Source of the DNA: Amoebophrya sp. A120
Lineage: Eukaryota; Protista; Dinoflagellata
NCBI GenBank assembly: GCA_905178155.1
Contig: CAJINV010000009.1
Location: forward strand, 3,898,957 to 3,962,956
DNA length: 64,000 nt
Direction: 5' to 3'
The notes under the pieces were generated by a model. It was given only the letters and a program-made list of their open reading frames with translations. It did not search any database and was not told the origin of the DNA. Positions 1 through 13,213 of this stretch are shown here, in pieces (the first letter of the stretch is position 1; the number at the start of each line of letters is the position of its first letter). Made by a program: the position numbers and the translations under genes.

Positions 1-59
1 CTCACGGCCGGCGCAGGGGCCTGGTTGTTGTACTCCACTTCTACTAGTTTGCTCGACAT
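1..59 (-). CDS. Possible 5' end of a minus-strand gene (MSSKLVEVEYNNQAPAPAV...), truncated by the window edge
   Basis: ATG at 59 with an open frame to the window start; no homology recognisable. Confidence 0.25.
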   Translation of the reverse strand, partial: MSSKLVEVEYNNQAPAPAV

Positions 60-1216
60 ATTAGTAGTAAAGTACATGGTCGTGGTGCACTTCTCACATG
101 ATTCGCTTCGTTTCTTTCAGCACATGGTTTCGAACTACGCGTGGCAATTTTTTTTACAGGCTCTCCTTATTTTCTAGTAAGTTTGTTTCAAAATAAAATG
201 TGTTTGAGTTTGTTTCCATTTCCAATGAATCTGTATACCAAGTTTGTTTTATGTGAACGATTTTCCGATACATACTACGCGAGGACTCATCTTTGATGAG
301 AAAAAATCGCGGTAGCGCCCGAGCCGTGATCGCGCCTTTTCCAAATTTCTATATATTCATTTTTTTACCGTTTGCGTTTGCCAACACTCTTTGTGATTCT
401 ACCTCAGTTTGAATTTTCATCATTTTTAACCTTGATAGCCGCTTTTCATCAACAAACGAATGTCACATCTGATGTGGCCGAGGAATCTGATTTAACATTT
501 GAATTTGATAGCCTTGACGTCGTCGACATGTTCGTCACATACGTTGTTTTTTGTACATGATTTGATTTGATTGCTCATGTCGTGTGGCATCACATGTCTC
601 TCTACATGTCGCTACTTATAGGGCAACCGAGCCGCAGGTGGAGCGAGCCATGACACGAAAATGGATTGTATTCATCACCAACATGTATATTTTTTGATCG
701 TGGATGGAAATGAAAAAGATGGACCTACAGTATGTTTATGCACCATCATAAAGCACCCCCTGGGTCGCGCAACCAAAATACCATTCTTCATGTGTTCAAC
801 GATCGCAGTACCATCTACCATCACCAGAATTGTGCAAAATAAACTCCAAAGGCAAATTTTTGAATACGCCATCAAAAACACCGAGGATCCAAACAAAGAA
901 AATCTCAAATTCATGCTCATCAGAAAAAGATCTCTCACTAATGTAAAATCCTAAACTGATCTACTTAGCATTGTCAATCTGAGCTTTGTATTTAATCTGA
1001 GCAAGAAGGAAAATGCATCATTATCTTCCGCAATCTTTTTTTTTTGACAGTGGAGCGACATTATGGTGAGTCTTAAGAGGGATTGGCCGCACACTTTTTT
1101 TGTTCATTGTGCTCGAGCGACTTTTATTCCTGTTTCTTTTTCTTGAAGTAGACAAGAAAAAAAACGCAAACCCGAACTCAAGAACGAGCGACCGCCCGAC
1201 CTGAAGACACAACAAG

Positions 1217-4200
1217 ATGGATGTGGATCAGGATCACGGCATAGATCCTGATCCACAGAATGACGATCTTCCCGTAAATCCGCCAACAGAAGGGCCACAT
1301 CAACATCAACCCCAGGAACTACATCATAAACTCGAGCCGGAAAGCGAGCCGGAACTGGAGTTCTTATGAACTGCAAAAGTATCGTACTCGTAGTATTGCA
1401 ATACAAATTCGCTCAGCATGACAAATGGAATTTCTTATGCTGATTTGCCTTAACAACAAGACTTGTAATGCATGTTGATTACACTTATACGAGTGCGATA
1501 CTTTTGCACAGGATAGTTTTCCAAAGCGGACGAAATCGCATTAGCTGTGACGAAGAAATTTGCGCAGTCCAAGGAGCATGGCAAGCCGCAGAAGGAGAAC
1601 AAGGAGTGGACGGTTTTGGCTGGGATCGTTCTCGAGGAGATCGAGTGTGGGAATTTCACCAATTCGCAGACGACCTTCAACAAAACGAAGTTGAGTTGTA
1701 TCGTCTTCGCGACGGGGACTCGGTGCTTGAGTCCGAGTTTGCTGGTGCTCCCGCCTTTGGTGGAAGAAAAAGCGGGTGAGGAGGAACAACTAGAAGGAGC
1801 GCAACGAGATGAAGCTGCTCCGGCGGCCGCGCCGGAAGTTGCTCAGAACAAGCGGGGCCGTGGGAAAAAGAACAAGAAGTCTGCTCTTGCTAGCACAATT
1901 TCGACGACAGCATCATCTTCCTCTTTCTCTTCATCATCGTCTTCCCACTGCTCCGCGCTAGAAATTTTATCCCCCGTCAACAAAAAACGTTCGAAAAAAC
2001 GAAAAAAACTTCGTTTCGGCCCCACCTTCCACCAACTGCAATCCGAGCAGAACATGAGTAAATTACACCGAAGACTTACTAAGACGACCAACAGGCTGCC
2101 GAATAATTGGTCGATTCCAGATAGACCGATGAAAAAACCGGCGGTCGTGAAAGGGAGGAAACAGGACGAGAATGTCATAAATAGTCCGTTCCGGGATTTG
2201 GTGTTAAGGGATTGCCACGCGGAAGTGTTGGCGCAAAGGGGGTTCAAACTCTGGCTACTGCGGAATCCGGAGAAGGCAAAGTGGTATTTTGAAGGAAAGG
2301 CGAGGTTTCATTTTTACACCAGCTGCGTTCCCTGCGGGGAGGCGGCGAACGTGGAGATGGGAGGTGGCAATCGTGGCCATGGGACTACAGACAGCTCACC
2401 AGACGAACTGCTGCACAAGAGCGGAACTGCAGCCACACAAGAACCTTCTACCAGCGCAAGCTCGTCGTTTACTTCTTCATCCTCCTCTTCATTCTTGGCG
2501 TCTTCACAATTATCCCAAGCCGCTGCTAGTGAACAACAAACCCAAGAAAAACCCCAGCACTACACCTACCCCCTCAAAACCGGCGCGAAACCCGTGGAAC
2601 TCCAGCAAAAAGAAAACAACGAAAACGCGAGACTGGGTAAAGCCACTACATTGCACACCAAGCCGATCGATTCTCGCTCCGACCCTAGCAAACGATCCAA
2701 GTGCATGTCGTGTGCTGACAAAATTTGCCGGTGGAACGCCTGTGGCTGGGACGGGGGCGTATTAGCCGCTCCTTTGTACGGGTTCGAACTAATGAATAAA
2801 AAAGATGATCAACATGGTCTATCCACCGCCGCTCCTGAATCGTCATCAGCTACATCCGAAGCCGCAGCGGCCTGTGGGATTCGCATGTCCTCGATTGTCA
2901 TCGGGGGCGCGACCTCGTTTGACGATTTTTATTCGGCTGCAAGACAGCTGGATGATTTCTCAAAAAAGAAGTACGAGCAGAAGTTGTGGGACGTGCTTTG
3001 TGGGCGGGTGTTGCAGATGCGGCACGAGGAGCAGTGTGATGGAGAAGACGCAGGAACTACAGCAGCTTCGTCATCATCTCGTGGTGCTGGTGGAAGTACA
3101 ACTGGAAGTGGAACTGCGCCGGCGCATGACGTTCAAGTCGGTGTTGCTGACGTCGTGGGCAATACCAACACAGGAAGCAAAGTGGACGAGCACGATGATG
3201 GTTATGGTTTCGAACCAATCCCGCTCTTGTCCGAGTTGGATGACGATAACAGTACCCAGGAGGAGGTGGAAGCCGAAACTGCGAAGCGAAGGAAAGTCAC
3301 TGAAAATAAATCTTCTGATGGTGAAACATCTTCGCAAGGTCAACAAGGTGCTGGTGCTGGTAGAAGTAGTGCAGTATCATCTACAACAGCCGCTTCCACG
3401 TCCGGCGCCGCGGTGCAGCAGCAAGGTTATGGAAGCGTCAGGATTGAAATCGTCAAAGTTGAAATAATTTGCAATGCATAAAATGCATTACGCGAGGTGC
3501 GTGTATTGCAGAGCAGGCAAGTGAGGCCGATTGTAAGCCTGTTTGGGGTTAGAGCTCGAGGTGCTAGAGGAGCATCAGAAAATCAGTCTTCTTTGCCTAA
3601 ACAGCATGACAAACTGGGTTTAGGGGCCGCCAAAACTTGTCATGCGCCACTTGGAAACTGGGTTCCAACTGGCGTCCGTTTTATGCATGACAAATCGTTT
3701 CAACTTTGTCGATTTCAACTCTGACACATCCATAAAGGTCAATCTTCGGATAATGAAACGTCGCAAGGTCAACTACTAGGTGCTGGTGCTGGTTGTAGAA
3801 GTTATCGCGCCAAAAAAAATGATCATACTCATACTTTCGCCATTTTTGGCCAAAATCCAGTCAATCGGAATCGAGGCAAAAAAGTCCACTTTTTTGCGTA
3901 TGACCACTTTTTTTAGCCAGGACGCTATGGCGATCCTGGTGCTTTTTCAGAATCAGCCTTGTCCGCCCGTGATTTGCATTCTTTTAAATGTGGCGCTTTT
4001 CTGCGTTTTGGAAGAATAGCGCCGCGCTAAAAAAAGTGGTCATACGACTTTTTGTCGCGTTTTCTTCTAGAAAAGTTGAAAAAAGTATGAGCGCCCCAAT
4101 TTTAGGGCGCCGGAAAATGGTATGATCACTTTTTTCAAACACGGCGGTATGGGCCACATGTGGCCCACGCCAGGAAAAAAGTGATCATACCCAAAGTCGC

Positions 4201-7200
4201 CGCATTTTCAGTCTTTCTTGCAGAATCTGTGAAGAAAAGTGCTACTTTTCAGGTCAAAAACGGCAAAAGTATGAGTATGATCATTTTTTTCAGCGCGATA
4301 GAAGTGCAGTATCATCTACAACAGCCGCTTCCACGTCTGGCGCCGCGGTGCAGCAGCAAGGTCAATCTTCGGATAATGAAACGTCGCAAGGTCAACTACT
4401 AGGTGCTGGTGCTGGTTGTAGAAGTGCAGCATCTTCTATAGCGGCAAAATTGGTATTCGTATTCAAAAATCGCAAAAATTTTTCCCCCCGCCCAGCTCAC
4501 TAGTGCAGGCGCCCCCGCCTGCGGTGCCTGTTCTTCCGCCTCCGATTTAAAGCCCTCGACGGCCGCTCTCCGCATCCCGGTGTTTGAGGAAGCTGCCAAG
4601 TGGTTTTTGACCGATAGCGCAATGACTGGCCCGATCTTGTGGCGGCGCTGGGTAGCCGAAAACGGCTCGCGCCTGGCTTGGGGCTTTTTGACGGGCTGCA
4701 GCTGCCTCGCGGCTTGTCCGTGTCAGCTGCTCTCGGCGTGGCTACACCGACGGCAGATGGGTCCTGCACCCCCGGAAAATTTAGTGCCCACGAATCCAGC
4801 GCACCATAAGGGGCATTACCTGGCCCCTAGATTCTCGGGGCGCCCTACGGGCACCACGCCCATCACTCAGCTGCGCTGTGGAGGCGAAGTGGCGTAGAAA
4901 TGCGCTGCGGCCTCCGCCTACGAAAGTGCCTTTTTGCATTCTTGGCCAGGAAGCAACATCTGTGGCCGCGGCCAAGCGTTCAGAGAAAGCGGAGCATTTG
5001 CAGCAGCCGGTCTCGCGGACCGGCAAACTTGATGACTCGGGGAAAGGATTTTTGCCCTTCCGGATGCCGAGCAAAAAACGCCGGTTTTTTCTGAATACCA
5101 AAGTCAAACACGGTCTGAAATTGGTATTCGCTGGAAATTCTGACTTTGGTATTCAGCGACATTTGACCCCCCTCTCTTGGGGGCAACCTTGGGCAGCTGA
5201 ATACCAAAGTTGCGCGGAAGAAAATCCGTCCGAGGTCTCCGTTTCCTGTGAACGCTTGGAAGCGGCCACAGATAATTGCTTCCGGGCCGAAAATGCAAAG
5301 AGGCACTTTCGTAGGCGAAGGCCTCAGGGCCTGTCTACGCCAGCTCTTCTCCGCGGCGCAGCCGATGGGGGTGGTGCAGGTAGGGCGGCCCGGGAATCTG
5401 GGAGCCAGGTAATTCCCCATAGGGCGCGCTGGGTCCGTCGGCACTAAATTTTCGAGAGGTGCGCGACGCATGTGCCGGCGGTGCAGCTACGCCAAGAGCA
5501 GTTGACACGGAGAAGCCACGAGGCACCTGCCACCCGACAAAAAGCCTTAAGCCAGGCGCGTACCATTTTCGGCTATCCAGCGCCGCCACGAGCTCGGGCT
5601 AGTGCTTGCGCTATCGATCGCCACCCCGCGGCGGCTTCCTCAAACACTGAGCGGCACAGCGCGTCGCTCGAGCTCGTTAAGTTGGAGGCGGCAGAAAAGG
5701 CACCGCAGGCGGAGGCGTCTGCACTAGTGAACTGGGCGGGGGAAAAATTTTTTGCTATTTTCGAATACGAATACCAATTTTGCCGTTATATCTTCTACAA
5801 CATCCGCTTCCACGTCCGGCGCCGCGGTGCAGCAGCAACAGCAGGTGGATGACTCGCAGGAGCAGCAGCAAGAGCAAAATGATGTTCGACGAGAGCGTGG
5901 TCGCGAGAATAAATTTCAAGTACCTCTACAGCACGTGAGCGGCCGCACGAGCGGAGTCCTAGCGGAATCCCTCCCCGCAGTTGTTCTCACGAATGTCGAC
6001 TTCGAATTTTCACAGCGAAACGCGAATCTCACCGTCCACAACCACTGCCCAGAGGTGGTGAACGAAGGAGTTCTTCTTGTTGGTGGTGCAGATACTGGGG
6101 GCGAAATGAAGACTGCAGCGGGGGCAGCATCCTCTTCATCCTCATCTTCACAAGCGAAAAGGAACAAGGTAAAGCGGCCTGTTACCACTGGATACAGCAA
6201 GATCTTCGTTGAGGGAGGCGGATTACTGCCACGGGAAGTTGTGAAAGATGTTGAAGGGGGTCCTGGTACTCAAGATGCAGCTCATGTTGGTGAACAACAG
6301 CCCGGCTCTCTTCCCGAAGATGCGGCTGCTGCTGATCCTGCTGCTGCCGGTGGTTCAGTACTACAGCAACCTTCATCTTCTTCCTCTTCATCTTCAACTT
6401 CATCTCCTACCCTCGACAACACCAGGATGACATCTTCTACTTCAGGCTCAACAACCAACTCACCAGAGAACAACCCGACGCAGCAGGAGGAAGTGGTCCC
6501 TCCCGCCCCAACTAGTTCGTCCAGCGGACAAGCTGAAGTTGTAGCTGCTTCTGCCGACCACGTCCCTTCTATGATCCAGCAAGCAACTACAAACAAGAAT
6601 ACCATCAAAGTGAAGCCGAAGCGTATGCATTGCAAAACAAGTATCGTGCTCCTACTCGTATAAATGCATTACAAATTCCCTCAGCGTGAGCAATAAAATT
6701 TGTCATGCGGATTTACCTTGGGAAAAAAATTTGTAATGCATGACTGCAATTACTACGAGCGCGATACTTTTGCACAGGATAAAGCGACCAGATCTCCACG
6801 AGGTCATTCTCGGCGACTACGGTCTGAAGCAAAATGGCAGGAAATACCTCCCTATGCATTGCAAAAGTGTCTGGGCCTGGAAACCTGTGATGCTGGGTGG
6901 CGCATCATGGGGAGGCCACAAGTGCTGGCTCAGCATAACAAGTTTTTGAGCTTCTAGAGGTGTTGCCTACAACTCTGCATGACAGTCTGCGTTTCTGCAT
7001 GATAGAAAAGTGGCGCTCTTGGGTAACGTGCGGGACAGATTTAACACTCATTCCAGACAAGCATGACATACATGCACTCTTCCAGACCCAGACACTTTTA
7101 CATTTGATACTCCCTGGCTTCGGCTCCGGCGACCGGGAGACCAGGGAAAGGATCAACGCGTCCCTCACGAGGGAGGTGATTGCGCTCCGAAAATTCGGTG

Positions 7201-7793
7201 GAATACCCATAACGAGCGAGCAGTACCTACACGGTAGTGAGTACGAAGCGGGTGTGCAACATTTTGTAGAATACGACCCGAACATTATCACCGAAACCGA
7301 GCTGTATTGGACCGACTACGTGTTGCAAAAGTGCTACGGAAAATTTACGAGTTTGTTGTGCACAATGAGTCTGAAGGAGATAGAGAAGGACGTGCTGAAA
7401 CAGGCAAGGAAGGCGAAGAGGAAAATTAGAAAAGACTACACAGCTGCGATGATGAGCAGCTCTAGCTCTACTTATGCAGCAACATCAGCGGAGGTTTTTC
7501 AGCACGGAGGGAAGACTTTATTTGAGGTTCCTGCTGGCGCTGTTGTGGGAAGTTTTGTTGATAGCACGACTTCCGGCCTGTACGGGATCAGAAGTACGTA
7601 CGCAACGACGAATCTCCACGACCCTACGTCTACTTCGGCTTTGTTGTCTTGTTCCAAATCTGGTGGAGAAGATGCGGTTGAAAAAGAATTTCGCAAAGCA
7701 GCGTGCGGCCGGTGTGGCTATAAGGAAAGAAAGATGGCTTTTCACTGCACCCCTCCGTGGGAGGGGTGGATCCGGAAAAGTAGGAAGGAATAA
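1217..7793 (+). CDS. ADAT1: ADAT1/Tad1-like tRNA adenosine deaminase (ADAR-type A_deamin domain), ~1,273 aa with long low-complexity insertions
   Basis: Exons 1217-1364, 1521-3427, 3740-3802, 4306-4436, 5796-6623, 6787-6852, 7115-7793 (3,822 nt). Motifs EWTVLAGIV, ATGTRCL, DCHAEVLAQRGF, FHFYTSCVPCGEA, MSCADKICRWN and C-terminal WIRK. No dsRBD seen. Confidence 0.85.
1365..1515. mobile_element. Introner family A (TIR TAT....TGCAAAAGTATCG)
   Basis: DR gttct/gtttt; frame restored. Confidence 0.85.
3428..3734. mobile_element. Introner family H
   Basis: DR aaggt; homologous to 26000-26309. Confidence 0.9.
3803..4300. mobile_element. Introner singleton, 498 bp, with AAAAAAGTGRTCATAC internal repeats
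   Basis: DR gaagt; ~35-bp TIR; empty site in the adjacent coding repeat. Confidence 0.9.
4437..5790. mobile_element. Introner singleton, 1,354-bp foldback
   Basis: DR tcttc; TATA termini; long imperfect inverted arms. Confidence 0.9.
6624..6781. mobile_element. Introner family A
   Basis: DR aagcg. Confidence 0.9.
6853..7109. mobile_element. Introner family B (TIR TAT....TGCAAAARTGTCTGGGTCTGGAA)
   Basis: DR ctccc. Confidence 0.9.
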
Positions 7794-8559
7794 GGAAGAT
7801 GAGCAGAAAGCTTCAGCATTCATCCTTTGCTCAAAATCATAATCGTGCGACAGCTTCTACTTATAGTTTTTTTTTTGAACAAAATCAAACCCACACGGTA
7901 GTAGAACAAGCGACACTGAAATGGCGAGGAGCATCCCATTTATCGATGCGAAATCTACTTGATGAAACGACGCGCACTCACGCCATCTGTTGTTCACATC
8001 AGGCTCGGGCGTTGCACTGCAACCGTAGTCTTGCAGCCGCGTATTCGTAAAAAAATGTTGATCTTCTGCACAATTGTGATAACGTTCTAGTCGTGGTTGC
8101 AGTGCGACACGGAAGGGCCACAAGAACAAAATTTAGAACAAGAGCTTTTGCAGAGTAATAAAAGGTGCCCATTGTTTTGTTGAACTCGGTGACGTGTCGT
8201 ACATCTGGCGGCAGTAAAATTCATCTCTGATCTTCTGTATCAGTCGTGTAATCGGTTCGTGGATGTGCGATCATGTCTGGGTGGGCGTGGGGGCAAGAAC
8301 CGGTACCGGTCACGATCTACTTCGGTACAGTACAACTTTTAACAGGATGAAGCACTACGTGGGCGCATCGTGTAAAGTCAGTTCGTGGGCATCTTTTGTA
8401 AACTGTCCGAGCACTACGATTGAACGAAAACATCATATTGCTTCGCTGTTTTTGAACAGGAAATCAACTACGCATATTCCTCGTACTGTTATCACCATCT
8501 ATCTAGGTTTTTGTTTGTCACAACTCCAACAAGAAAAACGAAAAACACACGACAACCCA

Positions 8560-10103
8560 ATGTCCACCGCCCCTCTCAACCCCTACTCGGGGTCCCTACC
8601 GGGCGACCGGTATTTTGGCGTCGGCTCCAGTTTTCCCAAACCCTCCAGAAAGCACTGGAACCACAACACCCCCTCTCTCACCCGAACCGCGTCTGTTCCG
8701 GTGTTGGTTAACTCCACCAACGGCGACCTATGCAGTGCAAACGTATCGTACTAGTATAAATAGCGTTACAAATTTCCTCAGCATTACAAATGGAATTTGA
8801 ATTTGTAATGCGGACTTGCCTTAACAAAAAGATTTGTAATGCATAACTGCAATTAGTAGTAGCGATACTTTTGCACAGGATACGACCACGTGAGCAACGA
8901 GTTGCATCCCCCGTTTTCCCGGGTGCATTACGACTTGCGGACGAAGTATCCAACGAAAAAAGTGTTTCACTGTAAGTAGGAGTTTGCAAGTTTAGCATCA
9001 CAAGTTTGTTTTGCATGAGAGCGAAAATTTGCCATGCGATATTTCCAAAGGAAAACACCACTAAATAAAATCCATTGTCTTGCATGCGTAGCAAGACAAA
9101 CACTTCTAAGATGCATTTCCTGCATTACAAGTTTACAGTGAAGCAGTTTTTTCTTTGCATACGAAGGCTTTGGAGGACTCGGGGTACCAAGGAAGATGGA
9201 ATTTGCTCCGGTACTCCTCAGTCACGCAAAATTCCTTCGACCGAAGTGTTCGCCCGGAAATTATGAGAGTGCATTTCTTCTCCTCCTCGTCCCTCTCATT
9301 TCTTTGTATTGCATGAAAAGCAATACAAACGCCCCAGCTGTGGAACCTGTGCATGACAAGTTCATGCGCCTATACAGTGTTGTTCTGTTTTGGCCGCTCC
9401 TTCCCGAATCTGTCATGCAAACAGTACCTCCACAGACGCAGAGCGCCAGGTATTTTGCATGACAAATCAGGGGGAGGGGGAGTTGTGCACACCCATAGAC
9501 ATCGACGCAACAACAGTCGCGAACTGCGGGAAAGTGAAAATGCCGCTGGGCCAATACGTGACGGATGTGAAGAAGACGAACAACCTATGAAATGCAAAAG
9601 CATCGCACTCGTACTAATTGCAGTTATGCATTACAAATCCAGATGCGAAGGTAAATCCACATTTACAAACTCCATTTATAATGCTGAGGAAATTTGTATT
9701 GCAATCGCTACTAGTGCGATGCAGACGCTTTTGCAGTTCATACCACCCGGCTTTTAACAACCAGGTGCACGAGTCGTCGTTTGATAGAGTGATCTTCCAC
9801 TCCTCCTGCATGCCTGACGCCTGGCGGTACCGCTATTCAGGAAAAAACACCCATCCCCATACAATTATTTGTCATGCAAAACATGCACCAAAAGCAGTAT
9901 TTGTCATGCAAAAAATGGATGGGGATGACGATGAGTCTTTTTTCCTGGATAACCGCACGGAGTACCCTCGTACCTTCGCGAAGCAGATGCCGACAAGGGT
10001 GTTGGAGAACCCGTTGGTGAAAACGGAAGCCGGGATCGTCGGGCCGGAGCGGCCGGACCATGCGAACACGGACGGGAGCTTCCCGAAGATGTATCATCCG
10101 TAG
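8560..10103 (+). CDS. Hypothetical 212-aa protein (MSTAPLNPYSGS...KMYHP)
   Basis: Exons 8560-8728, 8888-8946, 9167-9261, 9503-9585, 9748-9833, 9957-10103 join into one open frame after removing 5 introners. Confidence 0.75.
8729..8882. mobile_element. Introner family A
   Basis: DR cgacc. Confidence 0.9.
8947..9161. mobile_element. Introner family E
   Basis: DR cgaag. Confidence 0.85.
9262..9497. mobile_element. Introner singleton
   Basis: DR gaaat/gacat; degenerate TIR; frame restored. Confidence 0.75.
9586..9742. mobile_element. Introner family A
   Basis: DR caacc/ccacc. Confidence 0.85.
9834..9951. mobile_element. Introner family D (TIR with CCATCCCCAT)
   Basis: DR accgc. Confidence 0.9.
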
Positions 10104-11130
10104 ATGATGTTGTGGTGGTATGATGGTGTTGGTGTATACAAAAACAGGAGGGGTGCTGGGTCATTCCGTGTGAGTCTGTCTCGGGATGAGCTCCTCTATC
10201 AATGATCTTTTTCGGGCTTGTTGGAAACGTTTTATTGCTCTACAGAGAATTTGATTTGACTTTCAGCCTCAATGCAAACAACTATGACTAAAAAAAGACC
10301 AATAACTGCAATCTATCAATGAGTACGACTTGTTTCAATGACACAACAAAGCAACGCTTTTCGTCTTCTGTAAGTTTTGACAGCAACAGCAGCAGCTGAA
10401 TTTTCAAGTATCACGCTAATGCACCCAGGAAATGCATCAAATGAGTTGTAGAATCTACCTGTATATAAAACCACATCGCGATGAACGAGCTGTACACCTC
10501 TGGCGCGAAAAAAATCAAAAAAAATATGACGACAAGAATTGTAGGCTCCTTTTGCCCTTGAGCATGAGCTACCGACATGATTGTTCGTAATTTTCCGTGA
10601 CTCCTAGGCGTCGAGAACAAGATACTTGAGCGAAGCACGAGTACGCGCTGAAGAATGATGAAAACTACAATGCAAACACAGATACGTTCGTGCCGTCGTG
10701 CAACGTCGTTCGGTTGATCTTTTTTTCTGGCTCACAGTCACAGCTAGCCTCTAGCAATGAACGATGACAAAATCATTTGAAAAAATAAGACGAGAAACAT
10801 TGCCAGTATAGCCCTTTCGCTTGTTTTACGCATCCGCACCCAGTACAACTTCGTCCTTCGATACAATTACAAAATCAGAACCTCCCGCAGCTCGTTCCTA
10901 CTTGAATTGCTGCAACATCAAATCGTGCAATGTCTTCGAGTAACTTTTCTTCACAGGCCCCTCAACAGGAGGTGACGTTTCCCCCGATGAAAGATGTGAG
11001 TTTACGAGCCACCCGCTCTTTCACAAGAAACAAAGTTGAGAAGCAACTAGAAACAGTACCAGAGTCAGCCTCTCTATGGCAGAAGTTTTTTCTTTGACTT
11101 GAATCAACACAACCAAACCTCCTCCCAAAA

Positions 11131-12488
11131 ATGAAATTCCGTCCCCAGTCCAAGCTGCGGCGGGTCGCCGCGACGAACCAGGAGTCTTCAATCGGGAATC
11201 TAGACATGGACGACTCCGCCTTTCTCTGCGGCGAAATCACCAGCGGACGGAACGAAGGCAGCAGGATATCAACTTATGGAAGCGGAAAAACAAATCTTGG
11301 GCAAGTTGAAGTTCGTTGCGCTGACGTTTGTCATATACGCACCAGCACCACAGACACGCGGCACTATCCTCGCCGGCACCGCCCGCCGCGCCGCGCCCAC
11401 GTTTCATCCGCGCTTTTGCCTCGCTCGCCACGCCCGCTCGCCCGTAGGAAGGTTATGTAGACTTTAGCTTTACATCGTCTGCCTCTGCCCGCGCACCTAC
11501 GCCCCCGCAATAGCATTGCCGCTGCCACTGATGCTGCGTCTGCGTGTAAGTAGAACGAAACACATCAGAGAGCAGTGTGTTGCAAGAGTAATATCAAGAA
11601 ACTGAAACTGCTTAGCTCAGGACGATTTCCCTTCTATACCCTCCTTATGCCGCACGGAAACAAGTGCATCTGCTGCCTCCCGAAGGACATGAGCGGATTC
11701 AAAGTCATGAGCCGGATATCCTGTGCAAAAGTATCGTACTCGTAGTAATTGCGTTTATGCATTACAAATCTCTTTCTCAAAGTAAATCTGCACTACAAAT
11801 TCAATATGCAATCATGCTGGGCTAATTTGTAATGCAATTTACACTAGTACGACTACGATACTTTTGCACAGGATACCGAAAGGACTTCGGCAAAATGATG
11901 GGAATCAGTGAACCGCCGGGGACGAGGAACAGTAGTTTTGCCGGAGCAGGTGTGGCGGGAAGCAGTACTAGCGGAGGGCCCTCGTCGTCATCGAATGCCG
12001 CAACAGGCAGCACGATAAACGGATCATCTACAGGTAGCGCATCTTCATCTTCTTCTAGCAGCGCCGCTGCAGTACCAGTAGGACAAGCGTCAATGAACGT
12101 GGTCGACAGCACGGGTAGTATTGGCGCCCCCCGACAAGGATCCACAGCTGCTTTGTTCGGCGCGACCACCGAGAATAGTTCATCAGGAAAGCGACCGCCG
12201 CTCGAGGACGAAATAGAGGGCATTGAGATAGACGACATAGAAGCACCGGGAGGAACCGCTGGACTGATGAAAAACGCAGAAGATGAAGAGGACATCATGA
12301 TAGACTCGGACGACTTGGCAGGAGCGGCGATCGCAACCACTACTGCCGACAGCACGAGGAATCCGAGTGGTGGTTCTTTCTCCCGCGGCGTTGGTGCATC
12401 TGATGGTGCGGAGGCACAGAACCAAGAATGCGCACCAAGGATGGATGCAGTCACACGTCTAGGCTCATCGAGTGGTGACGCGACGTGA
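11131..12488 (+). CDS. Hypothetical protein with a Ser/Gly/acidic C-terminus; 5' exon structure unresolved
   Basis: Frame ...GNKCICCLPKDMSGFKVMSR|KDFGKMM... is continuous across element 11717-11875; link to ORF 11131 is inferred. Confidence 0.45.
11717..11875. mobile_element. Introner family A
   Basis: DR ccgga/ccgaa. Confidence 0.85.
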
Positions 12489-13213
12489 ACGTGATGAAAA
12501 GATTATGATCCTCAACTACAACTTTACTTACTGCGAAATAATGGCTTTGGTTTCAAATGAACTTTACTCGAATCGTATTGAAACGGAAAATCAAGAAGAT
12601 TTTTATCCACTTTGGCTGATTCCATTGATTATTGTTGGCTGTACAGCCATGGAAATCGCTTCATCCTGTGGTGCGTTTCATGTTCTTTGATTTGCGCGCA
12701 CACTTGCTCTTGCACCGCCAAAATTGGTTTGAGGGATGAAGAAAGGAAAACGTGCGAAGAAGACGATTTTATCTCTTTGAGCTCTTGCAGTCTCGAGCTG
12801 TCTCCATTGATTCGTGGCTGCGACCTTGCGAGAGGGAGAGAAGAGAAAACTCTAGAGAGAAACCAGAGCAGCACAGAAAAGGTGAAAATGGTTGTTTGAA
12901 AATTCGTCGTTGTTGACATCACACGCACCTTGGTACCGTTGATCGCCATCTCGATTGTGATATGTTACCACACAGTTGTAACTTCAAGCCGTCGTATTTG
13001 TATCTCAGTAGCTGCGTATAATCATACATTTACCGAAATTGGTAATGGTATTCATCTTCATCTTCATCCGACGTTTATTTGCGCAAATCGAAGCCGGCCG
13101 ACTCACACTGCCACATGAAGAACTTCAAATAAACATCCTTTAGCAACGATGAACACTGAGACTTCGGAGCGAAAAGAACTTTTCGAATCGAAAAAGAAAA
13201 ATACGCATCCAAG

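Noticed and set aside
372-954. Small ORFs upstream of the deaminase gene
   Set aside because: No recognisable motif or supporting gene structure
4399-5852. ORFs inside the 1,354-bp element as a transposase
   Set aside because: They are short, mirror each other across strands and show no DDE or other motif
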